From: Candidatus Daviesbacteria bacterium
GTDB lineage: Bacteria; Patescibacteriota; Microgenomatia; Daviesbacterales; UBA10151
Reading direction: 5' to 3'
Length of the DNA: 64,000 nt
Assembly (NCBI GenBank): GCA_016184225.1
Contig: JACPDA010000004.1
Location: 208,372 to 272,371 of the forward strand
Below, piece by piece: positions 19,568 to 30,156 of this stretch. Position 1 is the stretch's first letter. Every line of letters starts with the position of its first letter. Both the position numbers and the translations under genes were made by a program. A model generated the notes under the pieces. The model was not told where the DNA came from. It searched no databases and worked only from the letters and a program-made list of their open reading frames with translations.

Positions 19568-20193
19568 GGGTGGCTGCCCTGGGATTTTTATCAATCGGGA
19601 TCATTCTCCTTCTGCAGGTAGTTTTACCGATAGTTTCATTTGAATTGTGGGCTATTGGACAAGAATATAATAACCGGGTTCTGATTAGTCCACACAAGTC
19701 AGGGCAGCAGGTTTTAGGGGTCTCGGTCCAAAATAACAATAATTTCCCTACTTTTATTTCCAATTTAACCAGGCAGTCAAAACCGAACTATAATCAGTTC
19801 TTGCTTTCTGTGCCTAGGCTTAAGCTAGAGGGGAAAGCTGTTTATGTAGATAGTAATGACTTGTCAAAAGGATTGGCTCAGCTTCCCGGCTCTGCCATGC
19901 CCGGAGAAAAGGGGAATGTATTTATTTCAGGACATTCTGCGCTCAGCAAATTTATTGCCGGTGAAACAGCTATTTTTGCAAAGTTAACAGATTTAAAAAA
20001 AGATGATGAGATTTTTGTGGAGGCGGCAGGTAGTCGGTTTGTCTATAGGGTGGTGGGAATTAAAATTGTTGACCCGAGCGATTTGTCCGTTATTCTTGCA
20101 CCTGATGAGCAAGGAAGGTATATTTCTTTAATGACCTGTGTGCCTCCCGGTTTAAACTACAAACGCCTAATTGTTTTGGGAAAAATAATTTAG
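19564..20193 (+). CDS. Sortase-family transpeptidase
   Basis: N-terminal TM, catalytic His in FISGHSA, TLxTC-type Cys in LMTCVPP, downstream conserved Arg. Confidence 0.65.
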   Translation: MRVAALGFLSIGIILLLQVVLPIVSFELWAIGQEYNNRVLISPHKSGQQVLGVSVQNNNNFPTFISNLTRQSKPNYNQFLLSVPRLKLEGKAVYVDSNDLSKGLAQLPGSAMPGEKGNVFISGHSALSKFIAGETAIFAKLTDLKKDDEIFVEAAGSRFVYRVVGIKIVDPSDLSVILAPDEQGRYISLMTCVPPGLNYKRLIVLGKII

Positions 20194-20194
20194 A

Positions 20195-20572
20195 ATGAAA
20201 TATCTTGGGGTAGATTTTGGTTTAAGAAGGATTGGTTTGGCAATTTCAGAAGGAGAGCTGGCCTCTCCCTGGCAGATCCTGGAAGTAAAAAATTTTACAG
20301 AGGCGGTGGAAAAAACTTCGAAGGTTATTAAAGAAGAAAGGTTTAAAAAAGTAGTGGTTGGTCTGCCGGAAGGTAAAATGGGTAAGAATGTGATAGGATT
20401 TGTGGCGGCTCTGAAAAGGCGAGGATTTGAGGTAGAAACTTTTGAAGAAACATTGTCCAGTAAAAAAGCTTTAGCAGTGATGATTGAACAGGGAATCCAG
20501 CAGAAAAAACGCCGGTATGAGGATGCTTACTCGGCAGCAGGAATTTTACAAAATTATTTAGATAGCTTATGA
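20195..20572 (+). CDS. ruvX: Holliday junction resolvase-like YqgF/RuvX
   Basis: MKYLGVDFGLRRIGLAISEGELASP N-terminus typical of RuvX. Confidence 0.8.
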   Translation: MKYLGVDFGLRRIGLAISEGELASPWQILEVKNFTEAVEKTSKVIKEERFKKVVVGLPEGKMGKNVIGFVAALKRRGFEVETFEETLSSKKALAVMIEQGIQQKKRRYEDAYSAAGILQNYLDSL

Positions 20573-21525
20573 GAAAAATTATAACCGTTATAATTTTCAT
20601 AACAATTATAATCTTTTTGACTAAGGGTTGGTGGGAAAGCCGGTTTAGTCCGGTTTCTGCGGATAAAGCTATCAAAGTATTCGTAATAGCAAAAGGAGCC
20701 GGGGTATCGGAAATTGCCAAAAAATTAAAAGAAAAAAAACTGATTAAATCAGAACTGGCTTTTAAGATTTATGTCAGACAAGATAACTTGGCTAATAAGC
20801 TGCAGGCAGGTTCATATAAACTATCTTCCTCCATGTCTACACCGGAGATAATCAAAGCCCTGCAAACAGGTAGTGAAGATGCTTGGATTACTTTGATAGA
20901 AGGTTGGCGGGTGGAGGAGATAGCTGCAGAATTAAATTCCAAATTCCAAATTCCAAATTCCAAATTCTTAGAATTAGCAGAAGAGGGTTATATGTTTCCT
21001 GACACATATCTTTTTCCAAAAGAGGCCACCGTGGAGTATATAACCGACACTTTAAGAAACACTTTTAATGCCCGTTTCGATCCGCAGCTACGGTCAAAAA
21101 TCCGCTCTCAAGGGTTGACTGAAGATCAGGGAGTAATTTTAGCATCAATAGTGGAGCGGGAAGCTCGTTCTGACGGAGTCAGAAAAATGGTGGCATCAAT
21201 ACTTTTGAAAAGATTTAAAATTGGTATGGCTTTAAATGCCGATGCTACTTTGCAGTATGCTTTGGGGTATCAAGAGCAGGAGCGGAGTTGGTGGAAGCGT
21301 AATCTAAGCAGCGAAGACAAAAAAATAAATTCTCCCTATAATACCTATCTCCACGGCGGTTTCCCGCCAACTCCAATTAGCAATCCCGGTCTTTCATCCC
21401 TTCAGGCTGTTGCCAATGCAGATTCTTCCGTACCTTATTTGTACTATTACCATGACTCAAAAGGGGTTTCTCATTATGGCAAAACCCTGGAAGAACACAA
21501 TCAAAATATAGTCAATTATCCTTGA
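20569..21525 (+). CDS. mltG: Endolytic murein transglycosylase MltG (YceG-like); contains in-frame (AAATTCC)x4 heptamer array at 20933-20960
   Basis: N-terminal TM, YceG-like domain (AGSYKLSSSMSTPEII.., FPDTYLF, SPYNTY). Confidence 0.8.
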   Translation: MRKIITVIIFITIIIFLTKGWWESRFSPVSADKAIKVFVIAKGAGVSEIAKKLKEKKLIKSELAFKIYVRQDNLANKLQAGSYKLSSSMSTPEIIKALQTGSEDAWITLIEGWRVEEIAAELNSKFQIPNSKFLELAEEGYMFPDTYLFPKEATVEYITDTLRNTFNARFDPQLRSKIRSQGLTEDQGVILASIVEREARSDGVRKMVASILLKRFKIGMALNADATLQYALGYQEQERSWWKRNLSSEDKKINSPYNTYLHGGFPPTPISNPGLSSLQAVANADSSVPYLYYYHDSKGVSHYGKTLEEHNQNIVNYP

Positions 21526-21893
21526 GGATGACCATGTATAAGTTTCGGGGAAAAGTTAGAAGACATAACCAAAGAGGAAGAAAATTAGGTTTTCCAACAG
21601 CTAATGTCAATTTAACTAAAAGCACCCCCGAAGGAGTCTATATCTCTTACGCCAAAATAAAAATATCCACCTATCCTGCGCTGACTTTTATTGGAAAAGC
21701 TAAAACTTTTAATGAAAAGGTCTTTCAGGCAGAAGTCTATATTTTGGATTTTAAGCAGAATATTTATGGCAAGTGGATTTCTGTTAAACTTTTGCGAAAG
21801 ATAAGGGGTAACAAGAAATTTAAGTTCGTTGAAGAATTGGTCGCCCAAATGAAAAAAGATGAAGCGGAAACTAGAAAATATTTTGGGGCTTGA
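21522..21893 (+). CDS. Riboflavin kinase domain protein (RibF C-terminal-domain homolog, stand-alone)
   Basis: GRKLGFPTANV..PEGVY motif typical of bacterial riboflavin kinase. Confidence 0.6.
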   Translation: MRMTMYKFRGKVRRHNQRGRKLGFPTANVNLTKSTPEGVYISYAKIKISTYPALTFIGKAKTFNEKVFQAEVYILDFKQNIYGKWISVKLLRKIRGNKKFKFVEELVAQMKKDEAETRKYFGA

Positions 21894-22017
21894 CTAATGT
21901 TATTTTTCGTGATATATTGAGCCGAGTTGAATAGAAAAACAGAGGCGTACGTGTACGTATGCTTCTTTTTGTTGGTGCCAATAGATAAGGCAAGTCTGCT
22001 CAAGAGGCCATCTACTA

Positions 22018-25000
22018 ATGTTACTGAACTCATCTAATAATACAAAAGATACAAAACGTAAATATTGGAGCAAAGTAGCAGCTGCCGTCCCCGAACTTAA
22101 TTTAATAAAAATTCAACTGGATTCTTATCATTGGTTTCTCAAAACAGGGATTGCCGAAGTCCTTGAGGAGATTTCTCCTGTCGAAGACTTTACAGGAAAA
22201 AATTGGACCCTAAGCTTAGGGTCTTTTTATTTCGGTAAAACCAAATATAGCGCTGAGCTGGCTCGCGAAAAAGGAGTTACTTTCGATGCGCCATTAAAAA
22301 TTGAGGCTAAATTAATCAATAAGCAAACAGGGCAAGAATACAAGCAAGATGTGTTTTTGGGGGATATCCCCCAAATGACTGATAAAGGCACTTTTATCAT
22401 TAATGGTGTAGAGCGGGTTATCATTAATCAACTGGTTCGCTCTCCCGGAGTGTTTTTTCAAGCCAGCGACGATCCGATCACCGGCAAAAGACTATTCTCG
22501 GCCGAGATACGGCCGTATCGGGGTTCTTGGCTTGAGTTTTCGATAACAAGAGGGGGAGTTTTGACCGCAAAGATTGACAGAAGAAGAAAATTTGCCGCCA
22601 CAACTCTTCTCAGGGCACTGGGGTTTTCCGATAACGAATCAATACATAAACTTTTTGCAGATGTTGACACTGAAGATGATAAATTCATCGAAACAACTCT
22701 TGCTAAAGACCCTACCACAAGCTCTGATGAGGCGCTGCTGGAGATTTTTAGGAAGATGCGTCCCGGTGATCCGGTAGTTTTAGATAATGCAAAAGCACTG
22801 CTGGATGGGATGTTTTTTAACTCCCGGCGTTATAACTTAATCAGAGTTGGTAGGTATAAAATCAATAAAAGATTAAACTTAACCCTGCCAAACACCCCCG
22901 AAAATTGGATTTTAACCAAAGAAGATATTATCGCTACTTTAAAATATCTTATTAAACTAAGCCGCGGTGAGGGGAGGCTAGACGATATTGACCATTTGGC
23001 AAATAGACGTGTCAGGTGTGCCGGAGAGTTGGTTCAGCAAAATGCTTTTAGAATTGGAGTTTTAAGGCTTGAACGAATTATCAAAGAAAGAATGAGTTTA
23101 ACAGCTTCTGATCAGGAAGTCAGTCCCGGTGGTTTAATTAACGCTAAACCGGTAATTGCAGCCATTAATGAATTTTTCCGCTCTTCCCAGCTATCTTCTA
23201 TTTTAGATCAAGTTAACCCTTTATCAGAGCTGGACCACTTAAGAAGGCTTTCTGTTATGGGGGCTGGTGGAATTACAAGGGATAGGGCATCTTTTTCTGT
23301 CCGGGATATTAACCATTCTCAATACGGAAGAATTGATCCGATTAGGTCTCCCGAAGGCCAGAATATAGGATTGGTTACTTATCTGGCCCTTTATGCCCGT
23401 ATTAACGAATATGGATTTTTGGAAACTCCTTACAGAAAGGTAGTACTTGAAAAGGGTAAACCAAGGGTGACTGGCGAGGTGGTTTATTTCACAGCTGATG
23501 ATGAAGAAAATTCGCATATTACCGAGGCTACAGTAAATATTGATGAAAAAGGTTATATCGTCGACAAGAGGGTTCCGACCCGTTTCCAAGGGAGTTTCTT
23601 TGAAGGGTCAGCTACTGATATTTCATTAATCGATATTTCTCCTCAGCAGATCTTTGGAACAAGTGCATCTTTAATCCCCTTTTTGGCAAATGATGATGCA
23701 AATAGAGCTTTAATGGGTACTCAGATGCAATGTCAGGCAGTTCCTTTGCTTCAGCCGTCTGCGCCTATTGTTGGAACAGGCATGGAGCGTATAGTCGCCG
23801 ATAATATGGGAAGGGTAGTGCGGGCGCCTGAAGACGGGGAAGTTAAATATGTAGACGGGAAAAAGCTTGTTTTGAAAACAACACGCCCTTCCTCTGGAGG
23901 TAAAAAAGAGGAATTCAAATATGAAATCAAGAAATTTGTACACTCCCCTCAGGGTACTTGTTATTCACAAAGGCCGGTAGTTGGAGTTGGAGAAAAAGTT
24001 AAAAAGGGCGATCTTTTGATTGATGGTGCAGCTTGTGATCAGGGTGAGCTGGCACTAGGCCAGAATTTATTGATTGCTTACATGAGTTTTGACGGTTTAG
24101 GATACGAGGACGCCATCGTGATTTCAGACAGGTTGGTAAAAGATGATAGTTTGACTTCAATTCATATTGAAGAATATGAGGTTGACGTCGTAGAAACCAA
24201 ACTTGGTCCGGAAGAGTTGACCAACGATATTCCGAATGTATCCGAGGAAGCATTGGTCAATTTAGACGAAGGTGGAATTATCAGGATTGGGGCAGAAGTG
24301 GGACCAAATGATATTTTAGTGGGTAAAGTCCAGCCTAAAGGTGAAACTGAGCTTACTGCGGAAGAAAGACTGCTGCGGGCTATTTTTGGAGAAAAGGCAA
24401 AAGAGGTGAGAGATACATCTTTAAGGATCCCCCATGGTGAAAGAGGTACTGTTATTAGTGTGCAAATTCTCTCACGAGACGAAGGAGACGAGCTAGATAC
24501 AGGAACACTGATGCGGATTAAGGTTAAAGTTGCCCAACTACGGAAGGTAACAGCTGGAGACAAGCTGGCAGGCCGTCACGGTAACAAAGGAGTTATTTCA
24601 AAGATAGTTCCTGTGGCAGACATGCCGTGCCTGTCGGACGGAACACCTATTGATATTATTATTTCTCCCCTGTCTGTTTTGTCCAGGATGAATTTGGGGC
24701 AGCTGCTGGAAACCCATTGGGGGTTTGCAGCGAGGAAACTGGGATACAAAATCGCTGCTCCTGTTTTTGAAAAAATTCCCGAAGAAAAATTAATGGAAGA
24801 GCTTCAAAAAGCAGGATATCAGACAGACGGCAAAGTCCAGCTTTTTGATGGTAGAACAGGGGAGTCGTTTGGTAATACTATTGTGGTGGGCAGAAATTAC
24901 ATCCTCAAATTAATCCACATGGTTGAGGAAAAGATTCATGCCCGTTCTACAGGGCCTTACTCTTTGGTAACCCAACAGCCTTTAGGCGGAAAAGCTCAGA

Positions 25001-25413
25001 TGGGGGGACAGCGTTTGGGGGAGATGGAAGTGTGGGCTCTGGAAGCTTATGGTGCTGCCCATATTTTACAAGAAATGTTGACTATAAAATCTGATGATGT
25101 GGTAGGAAGAGCTAAAACTTTTGAAGCGATTGTTAAAGGAATTGATATTCCTCAGGCTTTAATTCCGGAATCCTTCAAAGTATTGGTTAAGGAACTGCAG
25201 GCTTTAGGTTTATCTGTTGAGACGCTAGGAGCAAAAATAGTTCAGGCGGAGGAAGTTGAGGAAAAGGAAGAGGTTATCGCTGAAGTAGCAGAGTTGGAAG
25301 AAGCTTTAGAGATGAAACCGACTGCCGAAAAAGCAGAACTGGAAGCCGAAAATAGCTCTTTTGAGGTAATTGATGCAAGCTCTGAAATGGAAAAAGAAAA
25401 GGAGGAGGAATGA
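22018..25413 (+). CDS. rpoB: DNA-directed RNA polymerase subunit beta
   Basis: 1131 aa, conserved RpoB blocks (LDSYHWFL, GRHGNKGV, NLGQLLE..); followed by rpoC. Confidence 0.95.
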   Translation: MLLNSSNNTKDTKRKYWSKVAAAVPELNLIKIQLDSYHWFLKTGIAEVLEEISPVEDFTGKNWTLSLGSFYFGKTKYSAELAREKGVTFDAPLKIEAKLINKQTGQEYKQDVFLGDIPQMTDKGTFIINGVERVIINQLVRSPGVFFQASDDPITGKRLFSAEIRPYRGSWLEFSITRGGVLTAKIDRRRKFAATTLLRALGFSDNESIHKLFADVDTEDDKFIETTLAKDPTTSSDEALLEIFRKMRPGDPVVLDNAKALLDGMFFNSRRYNLIRVGRYKINKRLNLTLPNTPENWILTKEDIIATLKYLIKLSRGEGRLDDIDHLANRRVRCAGELVQQNAFRIGVLRLERIIKERMSLTASDQEVSPGGLINAKPVIAAINEFFRSSQLSSILDQVNPLSELDHLRRLSVMGAGGITRDRASFSVRDINHSQYGRIDPIRSPEGQNIGLVTYLALYARINEYGFLETPYRKVVLEKGKPRVTGEVVYFTADDEENSHITEATVNIDEKGYIVDKRVPTRFQGSFFEGSATDISLIDISPQQIFGTSASLIPFLANDDANRALMGTQMQCQAVPLLQPSAPIVGTGMERIVADNMGRVVRAPEDGEVKYVDGKKLVLKTTRPSSGGKKEEFKYEIKKFVHSPQGTCYSQRPVVGVGEKVKKGDLLIDGAACDQGELALGQNLLIAYMSFDGLGYEDAIVISDRLVKDDSLTSIHIEEYEVDVVETKLGPEELTNDIPNVSEEALVNLDEGGIIRIGAEVGPNDILVGKVQPKGETELTAEERLLRAIFGEKAKEVRDTSLRIPHGERGTVISVQILSRDEGDELDTGTLMRIKVKVAQLRKVTAGDKLAGRHGNKGVISKIVPVADMPCLSDGTPIDIIISPLSVLSRMNLGQLLETHWGFAARKLGYKIAAPVFEKIPEEKLMEELQKAGYQTDGKVQLFDGRTGESFGNTIVVGRNYILKLIHMVEEKIHARSTGPYSLVTQQPLGGKAQMGGQRLGEMEVWALEAYGAAHILQEMLTIKSDDVVGRAKTFEAIVKGIDIPQALIPESFKVLVKELQALGLSVETLGAKIVQAEEVEEKEEVIAEVAELEEALEMKPTAEKAELEAENSSFEVIDASSEMEKEKEEE

Positions 25414-28400
25414 ATGATTTGCTAGATTTTGAAAGCTTAAAATTAACAGTTGCTTCACCGGAACAAATAAAAAGCTGGTCCTTTGGCGAGGTCACTAAAC
25501 CGGAAACTATAAATTACCGGACTTTGAAAGCGGAAAAAGATGGATTATTCTCAGAAAACATCTTTGGTCCAACCAAAGATTACGAGTGTTATTGTGGTAA
25601 GTACAAAAGGATTAGATTCCGGGGAGTTATCTGTGATAAGTGCGGAGTTGAGGTTACCCAAAGCAAGGTTAGGCGGGAGAGAATGGGTCATATTAACCTG
25701 GCCTCCCCTGTTGCCCATAGCTGGTTTGTTAAAGGTGCACCGTCGAAGTTATCATTAATATTGGATATCTCCCCTAAAAACCTGGAAGCAGTTATTTATT
25801 TTGCTTCTTATTTGGTGACTAATATTGATCCAAACGGTAAAACCGAGGCTCTCCAAAAATTAGAAAAAGATCTGGAAGCCAAAATTGCAGCTTCTAAAGA
25901 AACTTTAGAAGGTGATATAAAGCTACTGGAAGAGACGCTTAAAAAAGATCTGGCCGAATTAAAGAAAAAGCTGGAAAAGGAGAAGTTTGAGTTGGAAGCA
26001 CAAGAGAATGAATTAAAGGTAAGGTCCGAGATCCAAAAATTACGAGATAATTTAGTGGGAGAGATTACTACCCTGGAGGGAATTAATAAAGTAGTGTCGG
26101 ATTTGGTGAAGTCTGTTACACCCCTAAAGCTTTTATCAGAAGAGGAATATTACAAACTTTCTGAATATGGAGTGTCGGATTTTCTTGAAGTAGGAATGGG
26201 GGCAGAGGCATTTTTGGATGTGTTGCAAAGTTTGGATCTAGATAAGTTAGCAGCCAATTTACGGGAGGAAGTCAGAAAATCTACCGGGCAAAAGCATATT
26301 AAAGCCACAAAAAGGCTTCGGGTCATTGAAGGAATGCGCTCATCGGGTATATCTGCCGCCTGGTTAATTTTACGGGTATTACCGATTTTACCGCCAGATC
26401 TTCGGCCAATGGTGCAACTCCCGGGTGGAAGATTTGCAACTTCGGATTTGAACGATTTGTACAGAAGAGTAATTAATAGGAATAACCGTTTAAATAGATT
26501 AATTAATTTAGGTGCTCCGGAAATAATTTTACGAAACGAGAAAAGAATGCTTCAGGAAGCTGTAGATAGTTTAATTGATTCATCGTCCAGAACTTCCAGA
26601 CGAGGTGGTGCTGCCACAACCCATTTTTTACGTTCTCTTTCCGATATGTTACGGGGTAAACAAGGTAGGTTTAGGCAGAATCTTCTAGGGAAAAGGGTAG
26701 ATTATTCAGGTAGGTCAGTTATCGTGGTAGGGCCAAAGCTGGGGTTAGACCAGGTAGGTTTACCAAAAGAAATGGCGTTGGAGATGTTCAAGCCTTTTGT
26801 ACTAAGAGAGATGATAGCCAGGGGTTTAGCCTCTAATGTCAAAGGTGCAAAAAATGTTTTGGAACTTAAGCCCGCCGAGGTCTGGGATATTTTAGAAGAG
26901 ATTATCACTGGGCATCCCATTTTAATCAATAGGGCGCCCACTTTGCACAGACTAGGTATTCAAGCTTTCTATCCGATACTGGTGGATAACAATGCAATTG
27001 CCATCCATCCTTGTATTTGTGCCGGGTTTAATGCCGATTTTGATGGTGATCAGATGGCAATCCATGTGCCACTTTCTGCAAAAGCTCAAGAAGAAGCCAA
27101 GAATTTGATGATGTCGAAAGAAAATATTTTCGGTCCGGCCAATGCTCAGCCGATCACGGTGCCAAATAGAGAAATGGCGCTGGGTTGTTATTATTTAACC
27201 TTTATCGGAGATACTCCGAAAGAGGAAACACTGAGGTTTTTCGCGCTCTCGGAGGATGCGGTAAGAGCCTATACTTTGGGTAAAATCGGGATTCAACAAA
27301 AAATTCAGGTTCGGATAGATAGCGAAACAATTGAAACATCAGTCGGCAGGATCCTGTTTAATCAAGTATTACCTTCTCAAATGAGGTTTCTTAATTCGGT
27401 TATTAAGGGGTTTACCATCCGTGACATCATACTTCGGGCCATGGAGACTCTGGGTAAAGAAGAGGTGACCCATCTTATTGATAGTATTAAGAGTTTAGGT
27501 TTCTGGGGGGCAACGATCGCCGGTATTTCGATCTCGATCTTTGATGCCAAGGTAGTTCCTGATAAACAAAAGTACTTAGACAGTGCTATGAAGGAGATTG
27601 CTACTATTGAAGCCAATACTGCCAAAGGGTTAATCACCCCGCAAGAAAAATCGCAATTGTCACAAATGGTCTGGATTAGAACTACTGAAGAGTTGGCCAA
27701 CGCCACTTGGGATTATCTGGGTTTTAAAAACCCGATCAGGATGATGGTGGAAGCAGGCGCTAGAGGGTCCAGAGATCAGGCAAAGCAACTTTCCGCTATG
27801 AGAGGTTTATCTACTGACCCAACCGGTAAAATCGTTGAACTGCCTACCAAATCAAACTACCGTCAGGGTTTATCCGTGTTTGAATATTTTACATCGGCCA
27901 GGGGAGCCAGAAAAGGTGTGGCAGATAAAGCCTTAAAGACAGCCGATGCGGGATATTTGACAAGAAGATTAGTAGATGTGGCCCACGATGTAATTATTAG
28001 AATGGATGATTGCGGAACCGGAGAGGCTCTTGAATATGATATCGCAAAAAGTAGCTTTAATACTGCACGAGAGAAATTATTGGGAAGGATTACCGCGGAA
28101 AATGTTTTGGAGCCTAAGAGCAGAAGAGTGATTGTAAAAAAAGGAGCGTTTTTAACCGAGGAAATGATCACTCAAATCTTAAAAGCTGGGGTGGTTAAAA
28201 CATCAGCCCGTTCCCCATTAACTTGTGAGGCGCGTTATGGAATTTGCGCAGCTTGTTATGGTTTTGATCTTACCACAAGGGAACTTGTTAAAATTGGTAC
28301 ACCTGTTGGTGTAGTGGCTGCTCAAGCGATTGGCGAACCAGGCACACAGCTTACCATGCGTACATTCCACACCGGAGGAATTGTCGGTTTGGATATTACC

Positions 28401-29102
28401 CAAGGTTTGCCAAGAGTTGAAGAGTTATTTGAAGCCAGGTCTCCCAAGGTAGCCTCTCCTATGTCAGAGATTGCCGGAAAGGTTTCCATAATTGAGACCA
28501 ATATGGGAATAAGGGTCAGAGTGAGAACTACTCAAAAGCCGCACGAAGAAAGAGAATATATTATTCCAGCCACCTCTACTCTTTCGGTGGAGGATGGGCA
28601 ACTTATCGATGCCGGGACGATTTTAGCCTCAGGGCATGTAGATGCTAAAGAGATTTTAAGGATTCAAGGCTTAAGAGCGGCACAGCGTTATATAGTTGAT
28701 GAGGTTCGATTGGTCTATGAATCTCAAGGTGTGCCTATTAACGGAAAGCATTTTGAAGTAATTGTCAGAAAAATGTCGGATAAAGTTAGAGTAGAAACTC
28801 AAGGTGATACTAATCTCTTACCTGGTGAAACTATTGATCGAATCCGTTTTGAAGAAGAGAATAAAAGGGTTTTAGCAGGTGGCGGTGAGGCGGCAACGGC
28901 AGAAGTGGTTATTTTGGGAATAACCAGGGCTTCTTTGCAAACAGAGAGCTTCTTGTCAGCAGCTTCATTCCAGGAAACTACCTCAATACTTTCAGATGCT
29001 GCTATTTCCGGCAAAGAAGATAAGCTGATCGGCTTAAAAGAAAATGTTATAATTGGCCGGCTTATCCCCACCAGTTATGAAAGGGCTAAGATAGAAGGGT
29101 AA
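25410..29102 (+). CDS. rpoC: DNA-directed RNA polymerase subunit beta'
   Basis: Zn finger CYCGKYKRIRFRGVICDKC, NADFDGDQM catalytic motif. Confidence 0.95.
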   Translation: MNDLLDFESLKLTVASPEQIKSWSFGEVTKPETINYRTLKAEKDGLFSENIFGPTKDYECYCGKYKRIRFRGVICDKCGVEVTQSKVRRERMGHINLASPVAHSWFVKGAPSKLSLILDISPKNLEAVIYFASYLVTNIDPNGKTEALQKLEKDLEAKIAASKETLEGDIKLLEETLKKDLAELKKKLEKEKFELEAQENELKVRSEIQKLRDNLVGEITTLEGINKVVSDLVKSVTPLKLLSEEEYYKLSEYGVSDFLEVGMGAEAFLDVLQSLDLDKLAANLREEVRKSTGQKHIKATKRLRVIEGMRSSGISAAWLILRVLPILPPDLRPMVQLPGGRFATSDLNDLYRRVINRNNRLNRLINLGAPEIILRNEKRMLQEAVDSLIDSSSRTSRRGGAATTHFLRSLSDMLRGKQGRFRQNLLGKRVDYSGRSVIVVGPKLGLDQVGLPKEMALEMFKPFVLREMIARGLASNVKGAKNVLELKPAEVWDILEEIITGHPILINRAPTLHRLGIQAFYPILVDNNAIAIHPCICAGFNADFDGDQMAIHVPLSAKAQEEAKNLMMSKENIFGPANAQPITVPNREMALGCYYLTFIGDTPKEETLRFFALSEDAVRAYTLGKIGIQQKIQVRIDSETIETSVGRILFNQVLPSQMRFLNSVIKGFTIRDIILRAMETLGKEEVTHLIDSIKSLGFWGATIAGISISIFDAKVVPDKQKYLDSAMKEIATIEANTAKGLITPQEKSQLSQMVWIRTTEELANATWDYLGFKNPIRMMVEAGARGSRDQAKQLSAMRGLSTDPTGKIVELPTKSNYRQGLSVFEYFTSARGARKGVADKALKTADAGYLTRRLVDVAHDVIIRMDDCGTGEALEYDIAKSSFNTAREKLLGRITAENVLEPKSRRVIVKKGAFLTEEMITQILKAGVVKTSARSPLTCEARYGICAACYGFDLTTRELVKIGTPVGVVAAQAIGEPGTQLTMRTFHTGGIVGLDITQGLPRVEELFEARSPKVASPMSEIAGKVSIIETNMGIRVRVRTTQKPHEEREYIIPATSTLSVEDGQLIDAGTILASGHVDAKEILRIQGLRAAQRYIVDEVRLVYESQGVPINGKHFEVIVRKMSDKVRVETQGDTNLLPGETIDRIRFEEENKRVLAGGGEAATAEVVILGITRASLQTESFLSAASFQETTSILSDAAISGKEDKLIGLKENVIIGRLIPTSYERAKIEG

Positions 29103-29116
29103 AAAGGAATTAATGT

Positions 29117-29584
29117 ATGCCAACTATAAACCAATTAGTTAGAAAAGGCAGAAAAAAGGTCACCAGAAAGATCAAAGCTACAGCTTTACGCCGTGGCTTT
29201 AATGCTAAAGACAGAAGGTATACACAGGAATTTAATCCGCAAAAACGGGGGGTGGTGACCTTGGTGAAAACAATGACCCCTAAAAAACCAAATTCAGCCC
29301 TTAGAAAAGTGGCCAGAGTTAGACTTTCCAATAGGACTGAAGTCACAGCCTATATTCAAGGCGAAGGTCACTCTTTGGCAGAACACGGCATAGTCTTAGT
29401 AAGAGGGGGTAGAGTAAAGGATTTACCGGGAGTTAAATATCATCTGGTTAGGGGAAAATACGATTTGGCAGGAGTAGCGGGAAGGAAACAAGGCAGGTCC
29501 AGATATGGTACAAAGGCAGGAGGGGCAGCTGCCCCACCCAGACCAGTAGCACCCGTAGCAGCACCAGCGGAGGCAGCAGCATGA
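29117..29584 (+). CDS. rpsL: 30S ribosomal protein S12 with Ala/Pro-rich C-terminal extension
   Basis: [14 protein letters not shown].., [11 protein letters not shown] conserved; str-operon order rpsL-rpsG. Confidence 0.9.
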   Translation: MPTINQLVRKGRKKVTRKIKATALRRGFNAKDRRYTQEFNPQKRGVVTLVKTMTPKKPNSALRKVARVRLSNRTEVTAYIQGEGHSLAEHGIVLVRGGRVKDLPGVKYHLVRGKYDLAGVAGRKQGRSRYGTKAGGAAAPPRPVAPVAAPAEAAA

Positions 29585-30057
29585 GAAGCAAAAAAGCACC
29601 AAAACAAATACTATCCCCAGACTCAATCTATAATTCAAGATTAGTAACAAGGTTTATTAATAAATTAATGATCAGCGGTAAGAAAACTATTGCGGAAAAG
29701 GTGGTTTACCGGGCACTGGAGACGATAAAAGAGCAAGCTAAGCAAGAGCCCCTAGCAGTTTTTGAGAAAGCTATTGCCAATGTGGCTCCAAAGATGGAGG
29801 TCAGACCCCGCCGTGTGGGAGGAGCCTCATACCAGGTGCCGGTAGAGGTTCGTGGTGACAGAAAAGAAGCCTTGGCCATCAGGTGGATTCTGTCCGGTGC
29901 AAAATCAAGATCTAATAAAGAGTATCATTCGTTTGATAAAAAACTGGCGGCAGAGTTTTTAGATGCTGCAAATAACACCGGTTTAGCTGTTAAGAAGAAA
30001 GAAGATATTCAGCGCCAAGCTGCAGCCAATAGGGCATTTAGTCATTTCCGTTGGTGA
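29581..30057 (+). CDS. rpsG: 30S ribosomal protein S7
   Basis: Conserved S7 sequence; overlaps rpsL stop. Confidence 0.9.
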   Translation: MRSKKAPKQILSPDSIYNSRLVTRFINKLMISGKKTIAEKVVYRALETIKEQAKQEPLAVFEKAIANVAPKMEVRPRRVGGASYQVPVEVRGDRKEALAIRWILSGAKSRSNKEYHSFDKKLAAEFLDAANNTGLAVKKKEDIQRQAAANRAFSHFRW

Positions 30058-30121
30058 TACTTTCTCTAGACCCGATATTTATCTCCTATACGTGTCTGTA
30101 TCCAGCTATAAAAAGTCTTTG

Positions 30122-30150
30122 TTGACAAATATTGCGATAAGTGGTATTAT
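30122..30150 (+). promoter_or_regulatory. Canonical sigma70 promoter TTGACA-17-TATTAT with predicted TSS at the A of the ATG at 30157 (leaderless)
   Basis: TTGACA 30122-30127, 17-nt spacer, TATTAT 30145-30150. Confidence 0.55.
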
Positions 30151-30156
30151 ATTTTT

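Noticed and set aside
21917-21925. TGATATATT extended -10 about 100 nt upstream of rpoB as its promoter
   Set aside because: No convincing -35 and the spacing is unverifiable; mentioned here only because the CGTACGTGTACG palindrome nearby could be an operator. Too weak to list as a feature
22018-29102. Numerous 60-160-aa antisense or out-of-frame ORFs inside rpoB, rpoC, fusA, tuf and ribosomal genes listed in the ORF track
   Set aside because: All overlap strongly supported conserved genes; typical spurious alternative-frame ORFs
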